Below are positions 26,825-42,050 of a DNA stretch of 64,000 nt, in pieces (positions within the stretch are counted from its first letter, which is position 1; each line of letters starts with the position of its first letter). The position numbers were made by a program, and so were the translations under genes. The DNA lies in contig CAVUSH010000003.1 of NCBI GenBank assembly GCA_963744095.1, positions 1,162-65,161 of the forward strand. The letters run 5' to 3'. The notes under the pieces are model-generated. The model was given only the letters and a program-made list of their open reading frames with translations. It did no database searches and was not told the DNA's origin. The stretch comes from an uncultured Chloroflexia bacterium (GTDB taxonomy: Bacteria; Chloroflexota; Limnocylindria; Limnocylindrales; CSP1-4).

Positions 26825-27847
26825 ATGGACAAGAACAAGTGGCTGAGGGTTGGCGTCGGCATCCTGGTTCTGTTCCTTCTTGGCGTCTTCCTGAAGCTGG
26901 CCCGGCCGGTCATCGTGCCCTTCGCCTTGGCGCTTCTCTTTGCCTTCGCCGTTTCGCCCGCCCTCGATCTCCTGGTCCGCCGCAAGGTGCCGAAGGCCGT
27001 CGCCTTGGTCATCATCCTCGTCCTCTCGTTCGTCGTGCTCTACCTCATCGGCACGGTCTTCTATTCCGGCGGCAAATCCCTGGCCGCCGAGATCCCCGCA
27101 TATACGGATATGGTCAAGGGCTTCCTTGCGCGGATCGACAGTCTCGTGCCCGACCCTCGCCTCAAGCTCGGGCTGTCCGAGTGGATCCAGGGCTTCAACA
27201 TCGGCCAAGCCGGGACTGTCCTCCTGTCCGCCCTGGGGCCGTTCTTTTCCTTCATGTCCGACCTCCTGCTCGTGTTCGTTTTCATGATCTTCATTCTGGC
27301 CGCCCGCGGGCGCCTGATCCGGAAAGTCGACGAAGCGTTCCCGCCGGGCCAAGCCTCGGCCCTGAGCCGGACGGCCATCCGGATCGACTGCGAGATCCAG
27401 AGGTATCTGGCCGTCAAATCCCTGACGAACCTGCTCATCGGCATCTTCGTCGCCGCGGTCCTCGCGATCCTCGGCGTCCGCTTCGCCGTGCTGTTCGGCG
27501 TCCTGGCCGTGCTATTCAACTACGTCCCCACGCTCGGCGCGATCGTCACCGTCGCCCTGCCGACGCTCTTGACCCTCTTCCTCGAGGGGGGCCTGACTCT
27601 TAGGGTCGTGCTCGTTCTCGTCCTCCTCGTCGGGGTCCATGTGGCCCTGAACCGCCTGCTCGAGCGCCGGCTCGTGGCCAAGGACGTCAGTCTCTCCCCC
27701 CTCCTGGTCCTTTTTTCCCTCTTTTTCTGGGCCTGGCTCTGGGGGATCCCGGGGATGATCCTGGCTGTCCCGATGCTCACGGCGGCCAGGATCTTTTTCG
27801 AGAATGTGCCGACGCTTAGCTTCCTCGCGACGATGATGGATAAATAG
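26825..27847 (+). CDS. AI-2E/PerM (UPF0118) family transporter
   Basis: ORF 26825..27847. Multi-pass membrane protein with NYVPTLGAIV and WLWGIPGMILAVPML family-like segments. Confidence 0.8.
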   Translation: MDKNKWLRVGVGILVLFLLGVFLKLARPVIVPFALALLFAFAVSPALDLLVRRKVPKAVALVIILVLSFVVLYLIGTVFYSGGKSLAAEIPAYTDMVKGFLARIDSLVPDPRLKLGLSEWIQGFNIGQAGTVLLSALGPFFSFMSDLLLVFVFMIFILAARGRLIRKVDEAFPPGQASALSRTAIRIDCEIQRYLAVKSLTNLLIGIFVAAVLAILGVRFAVLFGVLAVLFNYVPTLGAIVTVALPTLLTLFLEGGLTLRVVLVLVLLVGVHVALNRLLERRLVAKDVSLSPLLVLFSLFFWAWLWGIPGMILAVPMLTAARIFFENVPTLSFLATMMDK

Positions 27848-27862
27848 GGGAAAGGCGACGTC

Positions 27863-28294
27863 TCAGCCGTCGAGGCCGACTGAGGCCAGGAACTGGGCGA
27901 GACGCAGCTCGATCTTGAGCGCCGTTTCCTTGTAGGTCTGATAGTCCGATCCGAGCGGGTCATCGATATCCCAACCGTAGAGGACGGATTCCGGGACCTC
28001 CCAGATATCCCGCAGACTGTGGTAGACGGACGGGTCCATGGCGACGACATAATCGAAGTTGCCGAGATCGTAGGTCCCGACCGGCCGCGCGACATGCAGG
28101 GAGATATCGATCCCGTAGACGAGCTTCATGACCAGGACCGCCTCCTCGGTGGGGGGGCCCCCGGTCGCCCCGATGCCGGCGCTGGCGACCTCGGCTGACG
28201 GGCCGAGGCGCTGGCGGGCGATCGCTTCGGCCATCGGGCTGCGGCAGATGTTCCCGTAGCAGACGAAGAGCAGGCGTTTCTTGGGCTTTTTCAT
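27863..28294 (-). CDS. low-molecular-weight protein-tyrosine phosphatase
   Basis: 3' part of ORF 27863..28600. ATG 28292-28294 (MKKPKKRLLFVCYGNICRSPMAEA) carries the CX5R(S) P-loop. A DP motif follows later. It lies 11 nt downstream of the kinase stop. Confidence 0.85.
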   Translation of the reverse strand: MKKPKKRLLFVCYGNICRSPMAEAIARQRLGPSAEVASAGIGATGGPPTEEAVLVMKLVYGIDISLHVARPVGTYDLGNFDYVVAMDPSVYHSLRDIWEVPESVLYGWDIDDPLGSDYQTYKETALKIELRLAQFLASVGLDG

Positions 28295-28305
28295 CTCGAC
28301 GACCG

Positions 28306-30300
28306 TCAATTCCGCCCGGCCTGGGCGGTCTCGAGCGAGACTTCCTTCGCCTTCTCGTAGAGGAAGGCGGCCAGGACGTACTGCTCGGCGGCCTGGGGGA
28401 CGAGGCCGTCCTTGTCCATCTGCCGCGCGCTGTCCTCCTCGTTCTTGGCCCGGTCGTAGAGCCAGGCCTGCTTGGAGGGCGCCTGTGCGGCCTCGGCGGC
28501 CCTGCGGATCGTGCCCGTCAGATCCTTCAGGGCGGCCAGCCCCTGCTCCTCGTCGGCCGCCCTGGGGCTGAGGAGATAGACCTGGTTCAGGATGCCGCAC
28601 AGGATCCTCGCGCCGGAAAAATCGTTCTTGGCAAAGGCGTCGGAGGCGTCCTTTTCCTTTTCATTGGCGATCCAGGAGAGGAGATTGGGCCGTCCCGTCC
28701 GGGGCGGACCGCCCATCTTCAGCTTGGTGGCCTGGAGCTCCTTGAACGCCGCCTCCGCCCGCTCCCTCTCGCTGACCTGCGAGAGGAGCTTTCGCATCTC
28801 GGACTCGCCCCGGTCGTAGCTCCGTTTCGAGGCCTCGAGATTGCCCGCCTCCTTCTGCTTCTTCCCTTCCGTGATCCGGGCCCGGATGCTGTCGAGCCAC
28901 TGGGACATGGCGGCCGATTCCTTCGGATATTTCTCCTTGATGGCGGCCAGAGCTTTCTCGAAATCCAGAGCGTCCTTCTCGTCCATGAACTTGGTCGGGT
29001 CCTTCACGAACGGGGCAAGGTAGCCCATGATGGCCTCAGGAACCCCGCCGCCGTAGTCAGGCTTCGGCTCAGCGGCCTTCTCGTCCGGCGGCCCCGGCCG
29101 GACCTGGGTTTTCGTCATGGCCTCGACGCCGGCAGCGATCTTATCGGACAGCCGCGAGGAAGCCTCGCGGCCGCGCCGGCCCGACATCTCGCTCCTGTCG
29201 CTCCGGTTGATGAGCGAGAGGATCCCGACGATGACCAGGGCGCCGACGATGAGCGCGGGAACAAGGATCTTCCTGAGCCTGAACTTGACCGTGATCTCGC
29301 GGTCCGTGAGGGGCTTCGCCCGGGCCGTGATCTGGCGGGTCAAAGGCAGGCCCTGTTCGGCGGCGGTCAGGTCCTCGAGGACCTCGGTCGCGGACCGGTA
29401 GCGGGCATCCCGCGATTTGGCCAGGCATTTCAGGATGATCCGGCTCAGGCCGGCGGAGATCTGGGAGTTGATCGTCTGCGGGTCGGCGGGGGGCTCGCTC
29501 CGGTGTTTGAGGACGATGCTGAGCGGCGTCGTGCCCTCGAAAGGCACGCGGCCCGTGACCATCTCGAACAGGATGGCCCCCAGGGCGTAGATGTCGACCC
29601 GGCAATCGATGTCGCGGCCCTCGGCCTGTTCCGGCGCCATGTACTCCGGAGTCCCGATGATGACCCCGGTGCCCGTGACGCCGCGCGTATGGAGGGACCG
29701 GGCGATGCCGAAATCCATGATCTTGGCATTGCCGTCCTTGTCGATCATGACGTTTTGGGGCTTGAGGTCGCGGTGGACGACCCCCAGACGATGGGCCTCG
29801 GCCAGGCCCTCGGCGATCTGCTTGGCCAGCCCGACCGCCTTGGCCTCGTTGAGGTGCCCCGACCGGCGGATGAAGCTCTTGAGGTCCTCGCCGGGGACAT
29901 ATTCCATGGAGATATAGATCGAGAGCCATTCCTCCCCGAGATCGTACATCCGGCAGACGTGACGGTGGGCGACCTGCCGGGCGAGCTTGATCTCGTTGCG
30001 GAAGCGCTCGATGACCTCGGGGTCCGAGGCGATCTCGGGCTTGAGGAGCTTGAGGGCCACGACCTCCCGGATCTTGCTGTCGTAGGCTTTGTAGACGGTG
30101 CCCATGCCGCCCTGTCCGATCTCCTCGATGATCTCGAAGCGGCGGGCGAACGTCGTGCCCCGATCGAGGCCCTTCGTGGGAGTCTGATAGGTGGCGGTCC
30201 CCGTCGGAAGGGTCTCGCCCGAGCCAGGGAGCTCGCGGCCGCAACGGCCGCAGAAACGCGTCCCCTCGGGATTGTCGTTCTGGCAGCGGGGGCATTTCAT
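28306..30300 (-). CDS. Ser/Thr protein kinase with N-terminal zinc ribbon, one TM segment and a helical extracytoplasmic domain
   Basis: ORF 28306..30300. MKCPRCQNDNPEGTRFCGRCG, VALK, HRDLKPQN, DFGIAR, GTPEYMAPE. TM segment ILVPALIVGALVIVGIL. Confidence 0.9.
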   Translation of the reverse strand: MKCPRCQNDNPEGTRFCGRCGRELPGSGETLPTGTATYQTPTKGLDRGTTFARRFEIIEEIGQGGMGTVYKAYDSKIREVVALKLLKPEIASDPEVIERFRNEIKLARQVAHRHVCRMYDLGEEWLSIYISMEYVPGEDLKSFIRRSGHLNEAKAVGLAKQIAEGLAEAHRLGVVHRDLKPQNVMIDKDGNAKIMDFGIARSLHTRGVTGTGVIIGTPEYMAPEQAEGRDIDCRVDIYALGAILFEMVTGRVPFEGTTPLSIVLKHRSEPPADPQTINSQISAGLSRIILKCLAKSRDARYRSATEVLEDLTAAEQGLPLTRQITARAKPLTDREITVKFRLRKILVPALIVGALVIVGILSLINRSDRSEMSGRRGREASSRLSDKIAAGVEAMTKTQVRPGPPDEKAAEPKPDYGGGVPEAIMGYLAPFVKDPTKFMDEKDALDFEKALAAIKEKYPKESAAMSQWLDSIRARITEGKKQKEAGNLEASKRSYDRGESEMRKLLSQVSERERAEAAFKELQATKLKMGGPPRTGRPNLLSWIANEKEKDASDAFAKNDFSGARILCGILNQVYLLSPRAADEEQGLAALKDLTGTIRRAAEAAQAPSKQAWLYDRAKNEEDSARQMDKDGLVPQAAEQYVLAAFLYEKAKEVSLETAQAGRN

Positions 30301-30415
30301 CGGATCGTCCGTATTTTGGTCGATAGCAACCGCATCAATTCGCGTCTATTATATATCAAACCCATAAGAAAATACGCCGGGCGGCCCGATTTGGTTTCCC
30401 CGCCGGCATGCCCTC

Positions 30416-34529
<4,114 letters not shown>

Positions 34530-34670
34530 GGGGCCTCCTCTCGATCGGATTGATTCGCCCGTATCTTAATTGAAGCCTTCATGGCGCGTCAAACGGCTCT
34601 GCGCACGTCCGGCCTTCTTTACTTGGTCCTTCCTATCTTATATCATTGACGTATCCTGAAAGGTGAACCC

Positions 34671-35198
34671 ATGATCCGTTCGACGACCGTCATCTGTGTC
34701 CGCCACAAGGGGAAAACGGCCATGGCCGCCGACGGCCAGGTGACCATGGGCCAGGCCGTTCTCAAGAAGACCGCCCAGAAGATCCGCCGCCTGGGCAAGG
34801 GGGATGTCCTGGCCGGGTTCGCCGGATCCACGTCGGACGCCTTCGCCCTGTTCACCCGCTTCGAGTCCAAGCTCGAGGAATACCGCGGCAATCTCTCCCG
34901 GGCCGCGATCGAGCTGGCCAAGGACTGGCGCATGGAAAAAGCCCTGCGCCAGCTCGACGCGCTGCTCATCGTGGCCAACACCGAGGCGTCCCTGCTCATC
35001 TCCGGCACCGGCGACGTCGTCGAGCCGGACGACGGCATCCTGGCCATCGGGTCGGGCGGGTCCTTCGCCCTGGCCGCGGCCAGGGCCCTCATCAAGCACA
35101 CCGGCCTCGACGCCCGGACCATCGCCGAGGAAGCCCTGCGGATCGCCGCCGATATCTGCGTCTACACCAACTCCGAGATCACCGTCGAGGAGCTCTGA
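34671..35198 (+). CDS. hslV: ATP-dependent protease subunit HslV
   Basis: ORF 34671..35198. [12 protein letters not shown]..., [14 protein letters not shown]. Confidence 0.9.
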   Translation: MIRSTTVICVRHKGKTAMAADGQVTMGQAVLKKTAQKIRRLGKGDVLAGFAGSTSDAFALFTRFESKLEEYRGNLSRAAIELAKDWRMEKALRQLDALLIVANTEASLLISGTGDVVEPDDGILAIGSGGSFALAAARALIKHTGLDARTIAEEALRIAADICVYTNSEITVEEL

Positions 35199-36592
35199 TG
35201 CCGATCGTCCTGCCCGAATCGCTGGATAAGCCCGTGGTCGAGGCTCCCGAGACCGAGCTCACGCCGCAGGAGATCGTCGCCGAGCTCGACAAGTACATCA
35301 TCGGCCAGAAGGCGGCCAAGAAGGCCGTGGCCATCGCCCTGCGCAACCGCTACCGCCGGCGAAAGCTCCCGCCCGCTCTCGCCGACGAGATCGCCCCCAA
35401 GAACATCCTCATGATCGGGCCGACGGGCGTGGGCAAGACCGAGATCTCGCGGCGCCTGGCCAAGCTGACCTTCTCGCCCTTCCTCAAGATCGAGGCCAGC
35501 AAGTTCACCGAGGTCGGCTACGTCGGCCGCGACGTCGAGTCCATGATCCGCGACCTCGTCCGCATCTCCGTGGACATGGTCAAGCAGGAGAAAGTCGCCG
35601 AGATCGAAGGCAAAGCCCGGGCCGCGGTCGAGGAGAGGCTGCTCGACATCCTCTTGCCCCCGGCGAAGAAGCGCGACGAATCGTCCGGCGAAACCGGGGA
35701 CGAAACGGCGCCGCATGAAACCCGCGAGAAGTTCCGGGCCCAGCTCCGCCAGGGGCTCCTCGACGACCGCACGGTCGAAATGGAGGTCAAGGAGAAGACG
35801 ACGCCGCCTCTCGAGGTCGTGTCCAACTCCGGGATCGAGGAGATCGGCTTCCAGATCCAGGAGTTCCTCCCCGGCTTCCTCGGAGGCCGGACGAAAAGGC
35901 GGCGGATGAAGGTCAAGGAGGCGCGCGAGCTCATTCTCGAAGAAGAGGAGAAGCGCCTCGTCGACATGGACCAGGTCTCCCGCCTGGCCATCGAGCGGGT
36001 CGAACAGTCCGGGATCATCTTTCTCGATGAGGTCGACAAGATCGCCGGCCGCGAGTCCGGCCGCGGGCCCGACGTCAGCCGCGAGGGCGTCCAGCGCGAC
36101 CTCCTGCCGATCATCGAGGGCACGACCGTGAACACGCGGTTCGGGCTCGTCCGGACCGACCACATCCTGTTCATCGGCGCCGGGGCCTTCCATGTCTCCA
36201 AGCCTTCCGACCTCATCCCCGAGCTCCAGGGGCGATTCCCCATCCGGGTCGAGCTCACGCCCCTCAGCAAGGACGACTTCGTGCGCATCCTGACCGAGCC
36301 GGAGAACGCTCTCATCCGCCAGTACGAGGCGCTCATGGGCACGGAAGGCGTCACCGTCTCCTTCACCCGGGACGCCGTCGAGGAGATCGCCGACATCGCC
36401 GAGAAGGTCAACGCCGATGCCGAGAACATCGGCGCCCGCCGCCTCCACACCGTGGTCGAAAAGGTCATGGAGGACATCTCCTTCGCCGCCCCGAACATCG
36501 CTCTCAAGTCCATCCGCATCGACCGCGAGTATGTCCAGGACCATCTCAAGGACATCCTCGTCAGTCAGGACCTGCGGCGCTTCATCCTGTGA
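35198..36592 (+). CDS. hslU: ATP-dependent protease ATPase subunit HslU
   Basis: ORF 35198..36592. ATG overlaps the hslV TGA. Walker [21 protein letters not shown], and an HslU I-domain insertion. Confidence 0.92.
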   Translation: MPIVLPESLDKPVVEAPETELTPQEIVAELDKYIIGQKAAKKAVAIALRNRYRRRKLPPALADEIAPKNILMIGPTGVGKTEISRRLAKLTFSPFLKIEASKFTEVGYVGRDVESMIRDLVRISVDMVKQEKVAEIEGKARAAVEERLLDILLPPAKKRDESSGETGDETAPHETREKFRAQLRQGLLDDRTVEMEVKEKTTPPLEVVSNSGIEEIGFQIQEFLPGFLGGRTKRRRMKVKEARELILEEEEKRLVDMDQVSRLAIERVEQSGIIFLDEVDKIAGRESGRGPDVSREGVQRDLLPIIEGTTVNTRFGLVRTDHILFIGAGAFHVSKPSDLIPELQGRFPIRVELTPLSKDDFVRILTEPENALIRQYEALMGTEGVTVSFTRDAVEEIADIAEKVNADAENIGARRLHTVVEKVMEDISFAAPNIALKSIRIDREYVQDHLKDILVSQDLRRFIL

Positions 36593-37125
36593 TGACAAAA
36601 CCGGTCGCGGCGCTCCTCATCGGCCTCGGGCTCTTGTCCGCCGCGGCCTGCGGCCGCAAAGGCCCGCTTGCCCTCCCGCCGGGACGGGCGCCGATGCCCG
36701 TCGAAAGACTGACCGCGGCCGCGGCCGAAGGCTCGGTCGTCCTGCGCTGGGCCAATCCGACGAAGGAGATCTCGGGCCGGCCGCTCGCATCGCTCGGGGC
36801 CGTCGAGATCTGGGTCTTCGACCGGGGTCTCCCCTCGGGCGCCGGGCCGCTTACGCCGGATGCGATCGAAAGGACGGCCCGGATCGTCCGCAAGATCCCC
36901 GCCAAAGATTTCGGCACCCTCGCCGGAAGAGAAGGGGAGGCCCCCGGCGTCATGACGTTCTCTTACGCACTTCCCAAAGCGGCCCCGGCTCCGGGGAAGC
37001 TGGCCTTCACCGTCCGGGTCTTCGACCGGAAAGGGCGGGCCTCGGAATTCTCCGCGCCCGTCGCCGTCGACATCGCCCGAAGAGACGCCGGGGTCGACCC
37101 GCGGGTCTCCAAAGGGGTATCCTGA
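36592..37125 (+). CDS. lipoprotein with YifL/LptM-like CGxKGPLxLPP start and an FN3-like body
   Basis: ORF 36589..37125. ATG 36592 overlaps the hslU stop by 1 nt. [30 protein letters not shown]. Confidence 0.6.
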   Translation: MTKPVAALLIGLGLLSAAACGRKGPLALPPGRAPMPVERLTAAAAEGSVVLRWANPTKEISGRPLASLGAVEIWVFDRGLPSGAGPLTPDAIERTARIVRKIPAKDFGTLAGREGEAPGVMTFSYALPKAAPAPGKLAFTVRVFDRKGRASEFSAPVAVDIARRDAGVDPRVSKGVS

Positions 37126-37141
37126 TGTCCGGAGAGAATCC

Positions 37142-37921
37142 TTGAAGATCTACCGGTTCCGCTATCGCAAGAGGGTCCTCCAGGGCGTCCTCAAAGAAGA
37201 GTATCTCTTCCCGATCATCGGGTCCGTCTTCGGCGACTTCCGCATCGGGACGAGCCCCGTGCCCATCGGGGACGTCCGCGTTCTGCCGCCGGCCCTGCCC
37301 TCGAAGATCATCGGCATCGGCCGCAACTACCGGGAGCACGCCAAGGAGTTGGGGAACCCGCTCCCGGAGGAGCCGCTCATCTTCCTCAAGCCGCCGTCGG
37401 CCCTCATCGGCCACCTCGAGGCCGTCGTCCAGCCGCCCTCGTCCGCCCGAGTGGACTACGAGGGGGAGGTCGGCGTCGTCATCCGCAAGAAGGCCCGGGA
37501 GCTTCGCGACGACGAGCCGGTCGAGGGCTTCATCCTCGGCTACACCTGCTTCAACGACGTCACCGCCAGGGATCTGCAGACGAAAGACGTCCAGTTCACC
37601 CGGGCCAAAGGATTCGACACCTTCGCGGCTGTCGGCCCCTGCATCGCGACCGGGCTCGACCCGGAAGGGCTCCGCTTGAAGACCTTCCTCAACGGCAAGC
37701 TCGTCCAATCCGGGACAACGGCGAACCTGATCTTCTCCATCCCCTACCTCGTCCGGTTCCTGTCCCGGATCATGACCCTCAACCCCGGTGACATCATCGC
37801 CACGGGCACGCCAGCCGGGGTCGGTCCGACGTCGCCCGGCGACCGGGTCGACGTGCAGGTCGAGGGGATCGGCGTGCTCTCGAACACGTTCACGCGCCTT
37901 GGCGCCCAGGAGGACCCATGA
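37142..37921 (+). CDS. fumarylacetoacetate hydrolase (FAH) family protein
   Basis: ORF 37142..37921. TTG start 5 nt after [27 protein letters not shown] and FAH-fold motifs. Confidence 0.8.
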   Translation: MKIYRFRYRKRVLQGVLKEEYLFPIIGSVFGDFRIGTSPVPIGDVRVLPPALPSKIIGIGRNYREHAKELGNPLPEEPLIFLKPPSALIGHLEAVVQPPSSARVDYEGEVGVVIRKKARELRDDEPVEGFILGYTCFNDVTARDLQTKDVQFTRAKGFDTFAAVGPCIATGLDPEGLRLKTFLNGKLVQSGTTANLIFSIPYLVRFLSRIMTLNPGDIIATGTPAGVGPTSPGDRVDVQVEGIGVLSNTFTRLGAQEDP

Positions 37922-38562
37922 AGCTGTTCCTGGATTCGGCCAATCTCGACGAGATCCGCGAAGTCGCGGGCTGGGGCGTCCTCGACGGGGTGACCACTAA
38001 CCCGTCGCTCTGTTCCAAGGAGAGCGCGACCTTCGAGGACAACATCCGGGCCATCTGCGCCATCACGCCCGGGCCCGTCAGCGCCGAATGCGTTTCGCTC
38101 AAGGCCGACGAGATCATCCCCGAAGCCCGGACCCTGGCCAAGATCGCGCCCAACGTCGCCGTCAAGATCCCCGTAGGCGTCGAGGGTCTCAAGGCGGCCA
38201 AAGCGCTCGACCGCGAGGGCATCTCGGTCAACATGACCCTCATTTTCTCCGCCGGCCAGGCCCTGCTCGCGGCCAAGGCCGGGGCCCGGTTCGTCAGCCC
38301 CTTCATCGGCCGCCTCGACGACGTGTCCGAGGACGGCATGGCCCTGATCGAAGAGATCGTCGAGATCTTCAGGAACTACCAGTACAAGACCGAGGTCATC
38401 GTGGCCAGCGTCCGCCATCCGCGTCATGTCATCGAAGCGGCTCGGATCGGCGCGGATATCGCCACCGTCCCGTTCGCGGTCATGCAGAAGCTCCTCCGGC
38501 ACCCGCTGACCGACGCCGGGGTCGAACGGTTCCTTGCCGACTGGAGGAAAGTCAAGAAATGA
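37918..38562 (+). CDS. tal: transaldolase / fructose-6-phosphate aldolase (short TalC/FSA type)
   Basis: ORF 37918..38562. ATGA overlap with the upstream gene. [24 protein letters not shown] (Schiff-base Lys), [11 protein letters not shown]. Confidence 0.9.
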   Translation: MKLFLDSANLDEIREVAGWGVLDGVTTNPSLCSKESATFEDNIRAICAITPGPVSAECVSLKADEIIPEARTLAKIAPNVAVKIPVGVEGLKAAKALDREGISVNMTLIFSAGQALLAAKAGARFVSPFIGRLDDVSEDGMALIEEIVEIFRNYQYKTEVIVASVRHPRHVIEAARIGADIATVPFAVMQKLLRHPLTDAGVERFLADWRKVKK

Positions 38563-41500
38563 GGCTCCACCGCGTCGTCCGGGTCCGCGAACAGGCCCGG
38601 GCCCTCGCCCTCAAGGTCCGGCGGGCCGCGGTGTTCATCCTTGTCCTGACCGTCCTCGCCGTCAGCCTGGTCGTCGGCAAGAACGTCCTGCTGAAGGAGG
38701 TCCGCGCCGGGATCCACAAGTCGTTCGCCTACGACAGCCTGAAGCTGTCCTACTTCCCGCCCGCCTTGGTCATCGAGAACGTCCGCTCGCTCACCGAGCC
38801 GCCGGCGCTTCGGGCCCGCCGCGTCCGGATCGAGATCCCTTATCTATCGCTCCTCCGGAACCGGAAGGTCCTATCCGTGGTCCTCGAGTCCCCGGAGGTC
38901 CATATCCGCCCGCCCGCCGCCGGGGCCCCCCGCGGCAAGCCGCGTCCGCCTCTGTCGATCCTCGAGCTGCCCTTCGTCATCGAGAGCGGGCGCATCGAGA
39001 ACGGCTCGGTCTTCCTGGAGACGAGTCTGACCACGCTCGAGGCCCGCGGCGTCCGGGCTCTTGTCACCCAGAAAGGCGCGGATTTCTCCATCCGGGCCAC
39101 CGCGGCGACAAGCAGCTTCTCGTCCCAGGAGCACGGCCTGACCACGATCGGCGCCCTGACCGTGCTCCTCTCCGGCAGGGGGGAGGACGTGACCGTCAAC
39201 CGGCTTGCGGTCGAAGGGCCGGGCGTCACCCTCACGGCCGACGGGCTCGTCCGGAACATCTTCGATCCGACGATCGAGCTCGACACCCGGTTCGACCTCG
39301 GGACGGCCGTCCTCGTCGACATCCTTCGCATGCCCTTCGCCTGGGCCGGGCGGTTGAGCGGCGAGGGCCGTCTCGAGCGCAAGGACCGCCGCCTGTCCTT
39401 TTCGACGAGCGTTTCATCGGACACACTGGCCATCAGCGGCGTTGTTATGGGGGCCGTCAGCGGCCGCTTGGAGCTCACTCCGGAGAACGGGGTTCGTCTC
39501 GAGATCGGCCTTCAGAAGCCGGGGCGGCCGGCCGAGAGCGTGAGCCTGGCGTTCCTGCCCGGCCGGGTCGAAGGCCGGGTGGCCCCGGCCTTCCTCGACC
39601 CGGTGTTCCGGGAAATCAAGATCCCCTGGCCGGTCAGGTCCCCGGCCTGGGGCACGTTCACCCTGGTCGACGGCAAGCTCGAGGCCGACGCCGAATTCCG
39701 CGACGAGTCGCTCGAGCGGCGCGGAGATTCCTTCGCCTTTCGCGGCGGGGCCAAGGTCGGGGTCGATTTCCCGTCCCGCATCGTCACCGTCGAAGCCCCC
39801 GGCCTTGAATCGGATTTCGGACGGCTCGAAGCCACGGCCAGGATCGACCTTGCCGGGGACATCGACGCCCGGATCCGGGGGCAGATCGCCGATGTCAAGG
39901 AGATCCGGGAGTTCGTGGCTCTCGTCCTTTCCCAGACGTTCGGCTTCGGGGAGATCCGCGGCCAGGGCTACGCCGATGCCCGGCTGTCAGGGCGCTCGGC
40001 CTCGCCGGCGGTGGCCATCAAGGCCACGCTGTCCCCGGGAGGTTTCGATCTCTTCGACGCCAGATTCGTCGAAGCGGACGTCGCCTTGTCGGGCGGCGTC
40101 TTTGAAGGCCGGTTCGATGTCGACGATCCCGCTCTCAAGGGCCAGGTCGAAGTCAAGGCCTCGAACGGGGACCTTGAAGTCGACGTCAAGAACGGGGACG
40201 GCGAGCTCAGCCATGTCCTGCCCACCCTCGGGATCCCGATCGCTCTCTCCGGCCGGGCCGCCGGCGATTTTCGGATGGTCCAAAAGGCCGCTGGGGTCCA
40301 GGAGTTTTCAGGGACTTTCGCCAGCCCGGAGATCAAGGGCTACGGCCAGACGGCCTCGCGCGTCGCCGGGCGGCTCGTCTGGAAGGACGGCGTCATTTCC
40401 TTCCCCGAGCTGGCCATGGATTTCTACAGCGGCCGCCTCGAGGGCCGCATGCTCATCGGCACCGTCAACGGCGAATTCGACGTCGACGCCCGCGGCGAGG
40501 AGCTCGATTTCGCGCGGCTGGTCCCGTCGGCCTCCGGGCGGCTGTCTCTGTCCCTGGCCGGCCGCGGCGTCTTCGGCAGGGACAGGCTTCCCGGTCTCTT
40601 CACCATCAAGGACCTGATGCTCTCGCCCCTCGAGAAGACCGAGGCCCGCGGCGAGCTCCAGCTCGGCGCGGCCGGCGGCAGGATCAGCCTGAGCCTCAAG
40701 GGCGGTCTCGTTCCCGGTGACAATCCCTTCGACGGCGCCTTCGATTTCCCCCTCGCCGGCGAGCTTTGGAGCGGCGTCCTCAAGGGCCGTATCGCCGACC
40801 TCGACCTCATCGTCCCGTGGAAGGGCGCCCAGGGCCGGATCGATTACACCGCGGACATCCGCGGGACCGAGGCCGCGGCCCGGATCGCCGTCACTCTGAA
40901 CGTGGTCGCCCCGATCATGCCCTTGCCGGGGTTTGCATACGCGGTGACCGGTTTCACCTCGGCCATGAGCTATCTCGACGATGTCCTGACCGTGACCTCT
41001 CTGGGCGGAACGCTCGGCGGGGGGCCCCTGTCCGGCTCGGGCAAGGTCGGCATCGGCAATGGCGGCATCGCCTCGATGGACCTGACCCTCGAGGGCCGGG
41101 ACATGGTCCTCTCGCCCATGGAGCGGATGCGGGTCCAGGCCGACGCGACGCTGCGCATTCTCAAGGACGAGAAGCGCTTCGTCACGGAAGGAGAGATCCT
41201 GTTCAAGCGGTTCGACTGGCGGCGCGAGATCTACGAGGCCTTCAATTTTTCCTCGCAGCCCGCGTCGGAGACCCCGGGAGGGCCGTCGTTCTTCGACGGC
41301 ATGTCGCTCAACATCCGCCTCCGGGCCGACGAAAACGCGGTCGTCCAGAATTCCCTGGGCCGGTTCGATGTCCGCTTCAACCTGACGGCGACCGGCCTCT
41401 TCTTCGACCCGGTCCTCTTGGGCGACATGGACCTCTTGAGCGGCGACTTCTACTTCCAGGACCGGAGCTTCCGCGTCATCCACGGCCGGCTGAGCCTCGC

Positions 41501-42050
41501 CGATTCCGTGAGCGAGCCGTACCTCGATTTCCGGGGCGAGACCTACGTCAAGGACTACCGGGTGACGCTCAGCATGAGCGGTCCCGTCAGCCGTCTCAAG
41601 CCGGAGTTCACCTCGTCGCCGCCGTTGCCGCCCGAGGAGATCCTGTCGCTCCTGTCGCTCGGAGAGTCCTTCCGGCGGACGTACTATTCGTATGCCGGGG
41701 ACCGGAGCACGGCCCTGAACACGGCGTCCCTGCTGACCTATCAGATCGCCGATCTGGCCAAGAGGGGGGCGGGCGGCCTGTTTTCCCTCGACCGCTTCCG
41801 GATCGATCCCTATATCCCGGAAGGCGCTCCTGGAGGCATCGCCGCCCGGATCACGGTGGGCAAGAAGGTCTCCAAGAACCTGTTGGTCCTGTATTCGACC
41901 ATTCTGGCCAATTCGAGCGTCAGGTCCGAAATCGACGAGGTCCCGATCTTCCGCATGGAGTGGGACATCAGCCGGAGATTCTCGCTCGTCGGCGGGCGGG
42001 ACGACCGGGGGAGGCTTGGTTTCGATGTCAAGTTCCGCAGGCGCTTCTAG
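38559..42050 (+). CDS. tamB: translocation and assembly module protein TamB (DUF490)
   Basis: 3' 1163 codons of ORF 38088..42050. ATG 38559 overlaps the tal stop (ATGA). N-terminal TM anchor [15 protein letters not shown]. Long beta-rich body with a DUF490-like C-terminus. Confidence 0.8.
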   Translation: MRLHRVVRVREQARALALKVRRAAVFILVLTVLAVSLVVGKNVLLKEVRAGIHKSFAYDSLKLSYFPPALVIENVRSLTEPPALRARRVRIEIPYLSLLRNRKVLSVVLESPEVHIRPPAAGAPRGKPRPPLSILELPFVIESGRIENGSVFLETSLTTLEARGVRALVTQKGADFSIRATAATSSFSSQEHGLTTIGALTVLLSGRGEDVTVNRLAVEGPGVTLTADGLVRNIFDPTIELDTRFDLGTAVLVDILRMPFAWAGRLSGEGRLERKDRRLSFSTSVSSDTLAISGVVMGAVSGRLELTPENGVRLEIGLQKPGRPAESVSLAFLPGRVEGRVAPAFLDPVFREIKIPWPVRSPAWGTFTLVDGKLEADAEFRDESLERRGDSFAFRGGAKVGVDFPSRIVTVEAPGLESDFGRLEATARIDLAGDIDARIRGQIADVKEIREFVALVLSQTFGFGEIRGQGYADARLSGRSASPAVAIKATLSPGGFDLFDARFVEADVALSGGVFEGRFDVDDPALKGQVEVKASNGDLEVDVKNGDGELSHVLPTLGIPIALSGRAAGDFRMVQKAAGVQEFSGTFASPEIKGYGQTASRVAGRLVWKDGVISFPELAMDFYSGRLEGRMLIGTVNGEFDVDARGEELDFARLVPSASGRLSLSLAGRGVFGRDRLPGLFTIKDLMLSPLEKTEARGELQLGAAGGRISLSLKGGLVPGDNPFDGAFDFPLAGELWSGVLKGRIADLDLIVPWKGAQGRIDYTADIRGTEAAARIAVTLNVVAPIMPLPGFAYAVTGFTSAMSYLDDVLTVTSLGGTLGGGPLSGSGKVGIGNGGIASMDLTLEGRDMVLSPMERMRVQADATLRILKDEKRFVTEGEILFKRFDWRREIYEAFNFSSQPASETPGGPSFFDGMSLNIRLRADENAVVQNSLGRFDVRFNLTATGLFFDPVLLGDMDLLSGDFYFQDRSFRVIHGRLSLADSVSEPYLDFRGETYVKDYRVTLSMSGPVSRLKPEFTSSPPLPPEEILSLLSLGESFRRTYYSYAGDRSTALNTASLLTYQIADLAKRGAGGLFSLDRFRIDPYIPEGAPGGIAARITVGKKVSKNLLVLYSTILANSSVRSEIDEVPIFRMEWDISRRFSLVGGRDDRGRLGFDVKFRRRF

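Noticed and set aside
34671-34685. Possible mis-called hslV start, because four residues (MIRS) precede the catalytic Thr
   Set aside because: There is no alternative in-frame start closer to TTV. A short propeptide is plausible, so the tracked start was kept.
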